DNA of 64,000 bases from Squalus acanthias (lineage: Eukaryota): NCBI GenBank assembly GCA_030390025.1, contig CM059431.1:137208001-137272000 (forward strand), written 5' to 3'. The translations under genes were made by a program, and so were the position numbers. Under the pieces are notes generated by a model that saw only the letters and a list, made by a program, of their open reading frames with translations, was not told the origin of the DNA and did not search any database. Below, in pieces: positions 63,158 to 64,000 of this stretch (position 1 is its first letter; each line of letters starts with the position of its first letter).

Positions 63158-63400
63158 CATTGATAGGAAATCTCTTTCAATATTGAGCGGGAAGGGCGCT
63201 GTTTTAGCGGGAATCGATTATGTTCACCCGGGGAAAGCAGCAGACATCAAACACCCAGCACAAAGTAGAGGAAATGTTTTCTGATTCCTGTTGATTTTGT
63301 TCAAATTGTCTTTGGTCACAACAGAAAGACGTTCATTCCAAAATAGAACACGGGCAAATGAACTTTAGCAAGGACAGGAAGCCTTGGCTTAATGTTCCAT

Positions 63401-64000
63401 TTATTTAACCAATATCAGAATCAATGTCCAAGGAGATTTCACCACCGTCTTCAGCTCTTCTCTTAATTTAGTTTGTGCAGCTTCATAAATACACGTGTTT
63501 GTACAGGAACTCAGATGCATGAGCATAGATCAGGCTTCTGTGGGGATGTATGCAGGAGATGTATAATCACCTTGGTAATGCGCGGTGTTTCGCAGTCTGG
63601 TAGTTAAAAGACTAACGATAGCTGTCAGCCATAACAGTATAAAACTGCCCGATACACTGAACAGTAAAATGATGGATTTCCCTCTATTCTCCATCTCTCG
63701 ATCGCTCTGATTCTCACTGCTGTGACCCCGGAGTTCCCTGCGGTCTCTACTGGCCATTAGAATACGTCTGATTGTCAAACAATTAAACAGTAATATCAAA
63801 GCAAATGGACTCCACATCGTTAAAATACCTTGTAACCGGGAGAACCCGACCCCTGCAGGCGATGAAAAATCGTCCAGTCCGGGGTAACAACCCCAATGAA
63901 TAGTGTTAATTATTCGATCAGGTTTATAGACAATCAAACCTGGAATGCTTTGTAAACAGATCAGGACAGAAACCGTTGTTATGGCCACAGCCGCAGTTCT
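63401..64000 (-). pseudogene. GPR139-like class A GPCR, 3' half (TM4-TM7), with in-frame premature TGA; 5' part outside the window
   Basis: PFALILLFNCLTIRRILMAS (TM5) and EMENRGKSIILLFSVSGSFILLW (TM6), then TGA at 63530-63532. The same frame continues SMLMHLSSCTNTCIY..Q.KLREELK (TM7/helix 8) to TAA at 63401-63403. Confidence 0.85.

Noticed and set aside
63530..63532. TGA as selenocysteine or programmed readthrough
   Set aside because: It is not at a Cys-equivalent position, there is no readthrough context, and no SECIS was recognised.

Overview
Vertebrate genomic DNA, most likely an elasmobranch (shark/ray). This is inferred from the CR1 3' UTR type, the NLR exon sequence and a GPR139-like GPCR. 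About 40 kb is three tandem satellites: A (39 bp, 1-18289), B (86 bp, ~19538-37287) and C (55 bp, ~44435-54347). Each has higher-order duplications and is interrupted by CR1 LINEs; one CR1 (5504-8372) has an uninterrupted EN+RT ORF2. Between B and C lies a spliceable NACHT-LRR (NLR) gene: 4 exons, ~696 aa, intact NTPase motifs, with no upstream effector exons visible in the 37.7 kb before it. Its first visible intron holds a Penelope-like element with a TSD, a deleted Harbinger-like element, two sense-strand minimal hammerhead ribozymes (one in a ~108-bp TSD-flanked mini-insertion) and a cluster of NF-kB-type sites. The right end has minisatellites, decayed CR1/L2 fragments and a GPR139-like gene with a premature TGA. 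Nearly all other ORFs in the track are translations of repeats. All comparisons were made by eye; no searches were run.
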